This document shows positions 1 through 7,036 of a stretch of 60,271 bases of DNA, in pieces. Origin of the DNA: a virus (taxonomy: Duplodnaviria; Caudoviricetes); the IMG/VR virus record IMGVR_UViG_3300008261_000124, positions 1 through 60,271 of that record; one strand, given 5' to 3'. Within the stretch, counting starts at the first letter, position 1. The number at the start of each line of letters is the position of its first letter. The notes beneath the pieces were generated by a model. It saw only the letters and a program-made list of their open reading frames with translations, was not told the DNA's origin and did no database searches. The position numbers and the translations under genes are program-made.

Positions 1-586
1 TTTTTCCTATATATATAGATATAAGACATATATATAGATATAGTATATATACATATATATATAGTATTGTTTATCTCTATATATACAGAAATGAGACTAA
101 TAAAAATTAATTGATTGATAATCAAGCAGTTAGATATTATTGGGTGTGTGTACTATGTGTGACTATCTTATATACATATATATAAGCATAAAACATACAT
201 TATGTGTGTAGATGATAGAGTATTTAAAGCAATTTTTACTTTAAGTAACCTCATCTAACTGACTGATTTACAATGAGTTATGTGTGAAAAAGAGTGAGTT
301 TAGACCCCATCCCGACTATTCTAACCCTAATTAATTCTTTATAATTTAGGACTCAACATATTTTTATGGGGGCGGGATATATAGCTAATATCCCATAAAG
401 CACTTCAATACACCATATATCTCTCTTTCTATCTCTCTATATACATCTATATATACTATTTCTTTCTTTATATCTATATCTATTTGTTCTTTTTGATAGG
501 AAAGAGATACCACCACAGTTATTAACATATTAACATACTCTTAGCTAATAACTGCTAATAACCGGTAATAATATATTTTTACACAT
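1..586. other. TA-dinucleotide-rich non-coding region (possible origin or genome-end region)
   Basis: No ORFs in the track; TATATA/AGAT runs at 1-90 and a CT/TA-rich tract at 415-485; 25-bp imperfect palindromes at 108-132 and 256-280. Confidence 0.4.
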
Positions 587-813
587 TAAACAACTACTGT
601 ATTAACACTAAATAGTAACACAGTACAGGGTGCTGGATATGTACAACCCCAATTGCTGCAACATTTGAAATTATAATGCCGAAGATATGCAGTACTGAAA
701 AATGTTATCTCATAGTCTAAGCTGTGAGTAATTTAGGTTAATGTAATAAGCCTGTAGGAGCGTGCAACGTAATCAGGAGATATATTACCCACTTAGAAGG
801 CAGTAGTTGTTTA
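587..813 (+). ncRNA. putative structured RNA closed by a 13-bp terminal stem
   Basis: TAAACAACTACTG (587-599) is the exact reverse complement of CAGTAGTTGTTTA (801-813); GC is raised, no ORF in the track. Confidence 0.5.
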
Positions 814-820
814 TACTTAT

Positions 821-983
821 AGATTGGGAGAACAAGCGGAAAAGGTACCCAGGTAATGCTGTGCCGATAAGAATCCCTAAAAGACATCTCTGAAGACATG
901 TTGCTGGCGTAGCTGAGCTAGGGGAGAGTTAGGTGAGTAATGGCTCTCACGGTTGTACCACTCACAGCCTCTGGTCCCAATCT
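821..983 (+). ncRNA. putative structured RNA closed by a 9-bp stem
   Basis: AGATTGGGA (821-829) pairs with TCCCAATCT (975-983); GC-rich interior. Confidence 0.45.
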
Positions 984-991
984 TACTTAAT

Positions 992-1067
992 TCCTAATGC
1001 ACAAGTCATAACTAAACAGGGTGTCGCCACCTGTATAAAAACAGGAGTTATGATTATGTGCTTAGGA
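992..1067 (+). ncRNA. long hairpin RNA element
   Basis: TCCTAA/TTAGGA, GCACA/TGTGC and AGTCATAACT/AGTTATGATT stems with an internal ACAGG/CCTGT hairpin. Confidence 0.5.
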
Positions 1068-1149
1068 TAAAACATATGCTGGTGGGGTAAGCATTGCAAC
1101 AGAATGTCCCATTCATACTATATTGTAGTATGTTGTAAAGGTTGCAAAT

Positions 1150-1277
1150 AGTCAGGTGGCGGAATTGGTAGACGCATAGTTCTTTATGGTGGATGAAGTT
1201 AAGGTACTTCAGAAATTTTAATCGCAACCATAAACATACTAAAAATCCTTTACAGGTTCGAATCCTTGTCCTGACTA
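1150..1277 (+). ncRNA. tRNA-like element 1 (Leu-type D arm, anticodon arm replaced by an extended insert)
   Basis: Acceptor AGTCAGG/CCTGACT+A; D arm TGGCGGAATTGGTAGACGC; T arm ACAGG-TTCGAAT-CCTTGT; 128 nt; no canonical anticodon arm. Confidence 0.75.
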
Positions 1278-1292
1278 CTAAAAATAAAAGTT

Positions 1293-1433
1293 ATGTTAGA
1301 ATTACATGATGGAAACTTAAGTTGTAATTATACAAAAGTTATTTACCGAGGTAAAGAATTTCCAGCACCAGTAGATATTGTAGTACTGTTAGCATGGGAT
1401 CATATAATATGTTTATTACAAACAAGTAAATAA
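1293..1433 (+). CDS. small hypothetical protein (46 aa) inside the RNA array
   Basis: ATG..TAA open frame MLELHDGNLSCNYTKV..., A-rich leader; fills the gap between tRNA-like elements 1 and 2. Confidence 0.5.
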   Translation: MLELHDGNLSCNYTKVIYRGKEFPAPVDIVVLLAWDHIICLLQTSK

Positions 1434-1436
1434 AAT

Positions 1437-1554
1437 AGTCAGGTGACAGAATTGGTGTCAAAGTATAAATCAAAGGGCAGAACACAAAGTCACTGAACAT
1501 AGAGGAGAGGCTGAGGAACTCCCATTACTTACAGGTTCATCCCTGTCCTGACTA
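1437..1554 (+). ncRNA. tRNA-like element 2
   Basis: Acceptor AGTCAGG/CCTGACT+A; D-like hairpin TGACA-GAATTGG-TGTCA; T arm ACAGG-TTCATC-CCTGT; different insert closed by AAGTA/TACTT. Confidence 0.7.
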
Positions 1555-1573
1555 CGAGAGGAAATAATCTTAA

Positions 1574-1667
1574 TCAGCCTCAATATGACTAATCACTTAC
1601 TATGTATAGTATAGGTGAAAAATCACACGTGAAAGATGATAAGGTTGACAAACGGGGAAAGACCCGT
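1574..1667 (+). ncRNA. structured element ending in TTGAC plus a GAAAGA-loop hairpin (copy 1)
   Basis: TCAGCCT (1574-1580) pairs with AGGTTGA (1642-1648); then ACGGG-GAAAGA-CCCGT (1652-1667). Confidence 0.5.
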
Positions 1668-1671
1668 ACAT

Positions 1672-1811
1672 AATCAGGTGGTATTAGAATACCTTTGGTA
1701 ATATGAAGCTGCAGTGAAGTATTACATGGTAACTCAAATAAGGAGTAATTACCTTATGTAAGTTAATAAAGGAATCATCCTTTGGTACAGGGGCAGAACC
1801 TGTCCTGATTA
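1672..1811 (+). ncRNA. tRNA-like element 3
   Basis: Acceptor AATCAGG/CCTGATT+A (compensatory change versus elements 1 and 2); D-like GGTATT/AATACC; T arm ACAGG-GGCAGAA-CCTGT. Confidence 0.7.
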
Positions 1812-1816
1812 CTGAT

Positions 1817-1945
1817 GTGGTTCGAGTCCACTCGCTAACTGAGGTTGTGGGAAGTAGGTGTGCCAGAGTTCAACTCTCTGGGTGTAGTAATACATGTTGG
1901 TTGACACGAACAGTTTGACTGCTGGGAAAGACCAGCATTTTTTTT
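1817..1945 (+). ncRNA. structured element with two T-loop hairpins and TTGAC plus a GAAAGA-loop hairpin (copy 2), followed by a T run
   Basis: GTGG-TTCGAGT-CCAC (1817-1831); CCAGAG-TTCAACT-CTCTGG (1863-1881); TGCTGG-GAAAGA-CCAGCA (1920-1937) then a T tract (possible terminator). Confidence 0.55.
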
Positions 1946-1968
1946 ATAACCAATTAATAATCAACAAT

Positions 1969-2151
1969 ATGAGTAATGAAGAAGAAGAAAACTTTAGAGA
2001 GTGGCTTAAAGATTTACCAGTAAGAACTCTTACTGATGAGCTAGTAGAATCTATATTATTTAGATTAGACCTAGTATTAGATGAAGCTTATGAGAATGGT
2101 GTCAACTCTGCTAAAAGAGAGATGAAAGAATTTATAGAAGGTAGAATGTAA
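1969..2151 (+). CDS. hypothetical protein
   Basis: ORF track 1894-2151; its 5' part overlaps RNA structure, so the start is moved to MSNEEE at 1969. Confidence 0.6.
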   Translation: MSNEEEENFREWLKDLPVRTLTDELVESILFRLDLVLDEAYENGVNSAKREMKEFIEGRM

Positions 2152-2194
2152 CAACTAAATAAACAATTAACTAACAACTAAAAACCAAATCAAA

Positions 2195-2320
2195 ATGAAC
2201 ACAGACATTGAAAAAGTATTGGATGACTATTTAGAAAAGTTAATCCAAAGTTGCACAGTATCAATAGATACTTGTCCTAATGACTCTGAAGATAATGACT
2301 TCAGTTTAGATAACCTATGA
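2195..2320 (+). CDS. small acidic hypothetical protein (41 aa)
   Basis: MNTDIEKVLDDYLEK...; leader AACAACTAAAAACCAAATCAAA-ATG nearly identical to that at 9001-9024. Confidence 0.6.
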   Translation: MNTDIEKVLDDYLEKLIQSCTVSIDTCPNDSEDNDFSLDNL

Positions 2321-2426
2321 AATAATAAAAAGTGTGGGGGTAGAGGTAAGCTCCCTTAATGTTGGTACGATCATGACACTCCCAATACAGCTTTTCTGAT
2401 ATTAAATAACTATTAAACAATTAATT

Positions 2427-2798
2427 ATGACCACATTTACAATAGACTTTTTTGAGCTTTGCTTTTTAGCTGAAGCATGTATTCCACCAAGACCTATAGC
2501 AAGAGCTATGTTTTGGCAAGATCTTACAAGAAAATATTATAAATATATGTCTCCAGAAGAAAGAATTAAAATCTTTGAATATCTTAACAGAAATGATATT
2601 TATAGAGAAAGTCTTGAATTTGAAGAAGATACCCAAATATTTCATGCAAGGTTTGATCCTAATAACCAATACTCAATTGAAACAAGATATGAAAACAAAG
2701 ATGGTATTCATGACTGTTTCCTATGGAAAGGTAATTACTATATAAACATAGACCAATACATTAATCAAAATTCAATAATTAAAATAACAAAACTATGA
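2427..2798 (+). CDS. hypothetical protein
   Basis: ORF track, 123 aa. Confidence 0.75.
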   Translation: MTTFTIDFFELCFLAEACIPPRPIARAMFWQDLTRKYYKYMSPEERIKIFEYLNRNDIYRESLEFEEDTQIFHARFDPNNQYSIETRYENKDGIHDCFLWKGNYYINIDQYINQNSIIKITKL

Positions 2799-3136
2799 TT
2801 CACCAACTTTACTATCTGTGCAGTATAATATTTATTGCTTATGAACTCTATCCTATTGTAGAACACAGAACTTTTATAAACAAATTAAGAAATCATACAT
2901 TATATGTAGAAAATGAATCTAATTTAAGAAAGATTTTGGGCATTTCTTACTTTTTATGGTGTATATTAGGATTGTTTACAAACCATGCCTGGCTTTTTGG
3001 ACTTTTATTAATATTATCAGTAGTAAATCCAATATTAAGACTGGTCTATCCTAAATATGATAGTCATATAGTGTATTCTGATTCTATAATATCTATAGTT
3101 ATACTATTTACAATTTATATTAAACTATTTATTTAA
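2795..3136 (+). CDS. hypothetical membrane protein
   Basis: 3-4 hydrophobic segments; ATGA overlap with the upstream gene. Confidence 0.7.
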   Translation: MIHQLYYLCSIIFIAYELYPIVEHRTFINKLRNHTLYVENESNLRKILGISYFLWCILGLFTNHAWLFGLLLILSVVNPILRLVYPKYDSHIVYSDSIISIVILFTIYIKLFI

Positions 3137-3153
3137 ACTTTTAAACTTTAAAT

Positions 3154-3477
3154 ATGAAAAAATTAAAACATAAAATACTTAGTTACTTTAAAAGACCTAA
3201 GTATATCAAAGTAAATCCTAATGAAACTGAAAAACTGTGTGTTTTAAGAATAAATGATAATACAGATAGTTTAATAGATGCTTTAGGTATAACTGAAAGT
3301 AGGGCAGAATATTTAATAATTCAAATGGATGAGTTATTTAATACTGAAGAAGATATTGTAGATGTTGCTGAAAAAGTAAGCAAGATTTGTGTGCATGTTA
3401 ATGAATTATTCTTTATAAGCATGTGTATCTACAAAAGACAAAATTATAATCCTGCAAACTATTTGCAGAAAGTATAA
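3154..3477 (+). CDS. hypothetical protein
   Basis: ORF track, 107 aa. Confidence 0.7.
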   Translation: MKKLKHKILSYFKRPKYIKVNPNETEKLCVLRINDNTDSLIDALGITESRAEYLIIQMDELFNTEEDIVDVAEKVSKICVHVNELFFISMCIYKRQNYNPANYLQKV

Positions 3478-3482
3478 TATTG

Positions 3483-3542
3483 CTGGGTGAAAAAGGTCAG
3501 TATAATATTTCATAGGGTGTTTTTTATACTGACCACACCCAG
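3483..3542. promoter_or_regulatory. intergenic two-stem hairpin upstream of thyX
   Basis: CTGGGTG/CACCCAG outer stem and GGTCAGTATAA/TTATACTGACC inner stem. Confidence 0.55.
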
Positions 3543-3556
3543 ATAATTTAAAAATT

Positions 3557-4330
3557 ATGACAAAAGATGATTATTTGCAAGAAGATCATGAATCTTACAT
3601 TAAACTAATAAATGAATCCGGCTATCCTATTTGGATATCTAATTATTATGAACCACTTAATTATAAAAAAGAAAATATGAAAAATACAGTAGAGTTAATA
3701 AGTCATTATGGATCAGATGAAATAATAGCATTGTCTGCCTGGACAAGTACTTCAAGAGAACTTAATGATGAAAAAAGAAAAAGAATTCCTAATTTGATTA
3801 AAATGTTATGGAAAGATGGTCATGAAACACCATTTGAAAAAGGTATTGTTCATTTTTTAGTAACATGTGATATAGCAAGTCATATACATTTATTAAAACA
3901 TAGAATAGCTAGTATTAATGCTGAATCAGCAAGGTATAAAGAGTTAAAAGAAGATAAGTTTTATCTACCTGAAGATTGGAAAGCTGAAGGTAAACAGAAT
4001 TGGTATGATACATTAAAAATTTTTACAGAAAAATCAAACATGTTGTATCATCAATGTCTTGAAGATCTAACACCTGTACTTGGTAGGAAAAGAGCCAAGG
4101 AATCAGCAAGATTTTTCAAAACTTATAATTCTCAAATAACAGCAGATGTTATGTTTAATATGAGAAGTTTTGCAAATTTTATAAAATTAAGAAATAGTGA
4201 GCATAGTCAGGTTGAAATTCGTGATATAGCCCAACAAATGTGGAATCTTGTTGAAAATATTGAAAATAACCCTTTCAAACATACTTTAGATGTGATAAAA
4301 GAAAAAATTGAACTAACTAATATAAAGTAA
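3557..4330 (+). CDS. thyX: flavin-dependent thymidylate synthase (start may be MKNTVE at 3677)
   Basis: GHETPFE, KHRIASINAESARY (ThyX RHRx7SxR-type motif), NMRSFANFIKLR, QVEIR. Confidence 0.92.
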   Translation: MTKDDYLQEDHESYIKLINESGYPIWISNYYEPLNYKKENMKNTVELISHYGSDEIIALSAWTSTSRELNDEKRKRIPNLIKMLWKDGHETPFEKGIVHFLVTCDIASHIHLLKHRIASINAESARYKELKEDKFYLPEDWKAEGKQNWYDTLKIFTEKSNMLYHQCLEDLTPVLGRKRAKESARFFKTYNSQITADVMFNMRSFANFIKLRNSEHSQVEIRDIAQQMWNLVENIENNPFKHTLDVIKEKIELTNIK

Positions 4331-4331
4331 T

Positions 4332-4637
4332 ATGAGAGATGATATAGAATGCCCTTATTGTAATAAAAGTCAAGAAATAAACCACGATGATGGTTATGGT
4401 TATCAAGAAGATGAAATTTATCAGCAAGAGTGTGATAACTGTGGTAAAACTTTTACCTATACGACATCAATAGTCTATTACTATGAAGCAAGTAAAGCTG
4501 ATTGCTTAAATGATGCGGACCATCAGTGGGAAAGGACACATACCTACCCTAAAAAATTTACTAAAATGAAATGTGTTATGTGTGGTGAAAGAAGAAATCC
4601 TACACCAGAAGAGTTATCAATAATATTAAAAGACTAA
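4332..4637 (+). CDS. zinc-ribbon protein
   Basis: CPYC, CDNC and CVMC motifs. Confidence 0.7.
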   Translation: MRDDIECPYCNKSQEINHDDGYGYQEDEIYQQECDNCGKTFTYTTSIVYYYEASKADCLNDADHQWERTHTYPKKFTKMKCVMCGERRNPTPEELSIILKD

Positions 4638-4640
4638 AAT

Positions 4641-4846
4641 ATGGAACATAAAATAATAAACACCGGAACATATCTACTAATAGTAGATGACTCAGAGATT
4701 AAAGAAGGTGATACAGTAAGTGTGAAATGGAAAAACCAAGTAGTAGTTTTGGTGCACATATGGCTAATTTCTTTGGTCAATCAATACCTAAAACAACCAA
4801 CTCACAAGGTCTTACTCAATGGGTAGGAGAATATATTTATGACTAA
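4641..4846 (+). pseudogene. frameshifted or internally deleted hypothetical gene
   Basis: N-part MEHKIINTGTYLLIVDDSEIKEGD; the -1 frame is open 4712-4846 (KCEMEK...PKTTNSQGLTQWVGEYIYD) and overlaps the next start. Confidence 0.5.
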
Positions 4847-5015
4847 AGAAGAATTTATTGGAAATTATTTGCAAAAAAGTAGAAGGTTAAAAAACCACAA
4901 CTTGCCTTATGGTATGGAGTATCTTAGCTTAGTATCACAGGTAGAAGAAGATGCTGAAAAGAAGTATAAATCTTATCTTAAAAAACAACAAAAGAATGAA
5001 ACTAATAACAGATAA
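4839..5015 (+). CDS. hypothetical protein (58 aa)
   Basis: Open frame MTKEEFIGNYLQKSRR..., below the track cutoff. Confidence 0.6.
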   Translation: MTKEEFIGNYLQKSRRLKNHNLPYGMEYLSLVSQVEEDAEKKYKSYLKKQQKNETNNR

Positions 5016-5217
5016 TGCTTTTGACAAAGCTTGGAAGAAGTCATGTCCTACTTGTGAACCACAACAAGTTAATAGAATACTCTGGTTTAGAGAACAGTGT
5101 CATACTTGTGAGCAACAAGATTTAAAATATGAAAAACAAGAGTTAAAAAATGCACTAACTCTATTGAGATACATGAAAGGAGTAGAAGATGCATTACATG
5201 GTAGACAAAGTAACTAA
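4996..5217 (+). CDS. hypothetical protein with two CxxC motifs
   Basis: CPTCE and CHTCE; start moved to MKLITD. Confidence 0.6.
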   Translation: MKLITDNAFDKAWKKSCPTCEPQQVNRILWFREQCHTCEQQDLKYEKQELKNALTLLRYMKGVEDALHGRQSN

Positions 5218-5229
5218 AAACAATTAACT

Positions 5230-5511
5230 ATGAAAACACCTGAAGAAATAGAAAAGTTGGCTAAAAAAGAAGCTGAGAAACTCCATGATAAGTCGAAGCA
5301 CGAAGATTGGGCTATTTACCACCAACTTGTTCACGAAGACACTGAACTAATCAAGATAGGCTACACTCAATGCCAAGAAGATAACAACACATCAAAAGTA
5401 ACAAGAGTTGAAGTTGTTGATGAAACTGGTAGGGTATATTCTAAATGGGATTGTAAAATAGAGTTATCTTATCAAGATGATGGTAGAACATTGAAAGTAT
5501 TTGTAAAATGA
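5230..5511 (+). CDS. hypothetical protein (MKTxEEIEKLA / GYTQCQED family)
   Basis: Paralogous to 5508-5744. Confidence 0.75.
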   Translation: MKTPEEIEKLAKKEAEKLHDKSKHEDWAIYHQLVHEDTELIKIGYTQCQEDNNTSKVTRVEVVDETGRVYSKWDCKIELSYQDDGRTLKVFVK

Positions 5512-5744
5512 AAACACAAGAAGAAATAGAAAAGTTAGCAGAAAAAGAATATAGAGAATATCCTAATAATCCTTTAGATGAACCAGCATGGCATTATAAC
5601 AAGGATATACATTGCCATAAAAAAAGAAAAGCATTTATCAATGGCTACACTCAATGCCAAGAAGATATGATTGATGAAATAAAAAAAGCCTATGAGGAAG
5701 GTTTAAAAGATGGATATGCTGCATGCTTTAAAGTAACTCACTAA
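5508..5744 (+). CDS. hypothetical protein (MKTxEEIEKLA / GYTQCQED family)
   Basis: Paralogous to 5230-5511; shared exact 25-nt repeat. Confidence 0.75.
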   Translation: MKTQEEIEKLAEKEYREYPNNPLDEPAWHYNKDIHCHKKRKAFINGYTQCQEDMIDEIKKAYEEGLKDGYAACFKVTH

Positions 5745-5848
5745 ACAAACAAGACTAATATGATATTATCATCAGCTATTATAATAGCTATACCATTATG
5801 GCTTATAGCATTAGAACTTAAAGAATTAAACAAACAAGACTAATATGA
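5742..5848 (+). repeat. 22-nt direct repeat flanking a 27-aa hydrophobic ORF (5760-5843)
   Basis: TAAACAAACAAGACTAATATGA at 5742-5763 and 5827-5848. Confidence 0.85.
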
Positions 5849-6096
5849 AAAAATTATTATTGACTTTAACAATTATCATATCTCTTACCGGGTGTAAGAG
5901 TTGTGTATCTAACTATGAACAAAGAAAAGCTGGTGTGCAAAAGGTTTGCCCCAAGTGTATTTACACAGTTAGTGAGAACATGCACATAGCACAAGACACT
6001 AGTAAAAATCCTAACATAGTATACAAAGTATACTTTTGTAGTGGTGGTATTTATTACAATGCTTGGGATGTAGATCATCTAACTAAAATACAATGA
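5845..6096 (+). CDS. putative lipoprotein
   Basis: MKKLLLTLTIIISLTGC signal peptide and lipobox. Confidence 0.7.
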   Translation: MKKLLLTLTIIISLTGCKSCVSNYEQRKAGVQKVCPKCIYTVSENMHIAQDTSKNPNIVYKVYFCSGGIYYNAWDVDHLTKIQ

Positions 6097-6113
6097 AGAT
6101 ATAGAACACTCCA

Positions 6114-6311
6114 TTGAATACTCCACTTAGATCTAGTAAATTAGTAAGAAGAGTTATACTTGATGAGAACTTACCAGCAGGGTGGCCTGTTAAGTGGGGT
6201 GGTATGTATGATATAGCAATAAATGGTAAGCTTATTCCTGCTGGGTTAAGAACACTTGACTGGACAGGTCAGCAGTGGATAGATTTTATTAACAAACATA
6301 AAGAAGAATAA
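6114..6311 (+). CDS. hypothetical protein
   Basis: ORF track; an in-frame upstream ATG at 6093 is separated by TAG at 6102. Confidence 0.55.
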   Translation: MNTPLRSSKLVRRVILDENLPAGWPVKWGGMYDIAINGKLIPAGLRTLDWTGQQWIDFINKHKEE

Positions 6312-6312
6312 A

Positions 6313-6585
6313 ATGAAAAATGTACTTATATCAAAAATAGAGCTTATTGATTCTAAGTTTGAAGAATTAACAGGTAAAGAAATCTTAATGGTTGTGTCTA
6401 TTTCTATAGATCTAGATAGTATTATTTGCATAAGAGAAATAATAGAAGATGGTGAAACAGAACCTTCGCCAGGTAAATGTAAAATATTACTTTCTAGTGG
6501 CTATGAAGTAACAGTGCTTACACCTTATGATGAAGTATTTAATTTAAGGTTTAAAAATATTAATAGTGGTAGAAAAAGTATTTAA
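6313..6585 (+). CDS. hypothetical protein
   Basis: ORF track, 90 aa. Confidence 0.7.
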   Translation: MKNVLISKIELIDSKFEELTGKEILMVVSISIDLDSIICIREIIEDGETEPSPGKCKILLSSGYEVTVLTPYDEVFNLRFKNINSGRKSI

Positions 6586-6778
6586 TCAAGAAGAGTGGAA
6601 CTCTAAGATAAGAGAAGCTTCTAAGAAATGGTTTGAAGAAAACCCAGACTATAATCCTGGTATTAACTACTATGACTCTGGTGAGATAACAATACCTGGT
6701 GATCCTGGGTATTATAGAGTACCTAGAGAAATGTGGGAAGAATATCATGAAGCTAAATATCCTGGATATGGTAGATAA
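6566..6778 (+). CDS. hypothetical protein
   Basis: ORF track, 70 aa. Confidence 0.6.
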   Translation: MVEKVFNQEEWNSKIREASKKWFEENPDYNPGINYYDSGEITIPGDPGYYRVPREMWEEYHEAKYPGYGR

Positions 6779-6799
6779 AATAACTAGAAACTAAAACTG

Positions 6800-7036
6800 A
6801 TGAAAAAAAGAACACTATCAGAAATAAATGCTGCCAAAAAAAAACTTCAGTCTAAAATGTCAGATGATCATGTATACCTAAAAATGTTAGATCAAGAAGT
6901 GCCTAAAGGAGGTGTTTACTATAACTGGGTTGATGAAGAATCTGAATTTAGATATAGAGGTAGTATAAAAAAGTTAAAAAAAATTGTTGAATATATACTA
7001 AATAAACACGAAAGTGATGGTAGAAAAAGTAACTAG
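6800..7036 (+). CDS. hypothetical protein
   Basis: ORF track, 78 aa. Confidence 0.65.
   Translation: MKKRTLSEINAAKKKLQSKMSDDHVYLKMLDQEVPKGGVYYNWVDEESEFRYRGSIKKLKKIVEYILNKHESDGRKSN

Noticed and set aside
821-983. RNase P RNA or tmRNA
   Set aside because: Only a faint resemblance (GGAAAAGG..CCAGGTAA); no P4 consensus, no GGGG..CCA tRNA-like ends and no tag ORF
1150-1277. Canonical tRNA-Leu, or tRNA with a group I intron
   Set aside because: No 5-bp stem with a 7-nt anticodon loop at the right position; the insert is too short for a group I core
1-1945. CRISPR array
   Set aside because: No identical regularly spaced repeats; similarity between units is structural
1894-1968. N-terminal extension of ORF 1894-2151
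   Set aside because: Overlaps the GAAAGA hairpin and T tract; ATG at 1969 is the more plausible start
6093-6113. In-frame TAG after ATG AAG ATA, suggesting amber recoding as in some crAss-like phages
   Set aside because: TAG acts as a normal stop elsewhere (8596, 11590, 17954, 23057) and the giant ORFs are intact in the standard code; no suppressor tRNA seen
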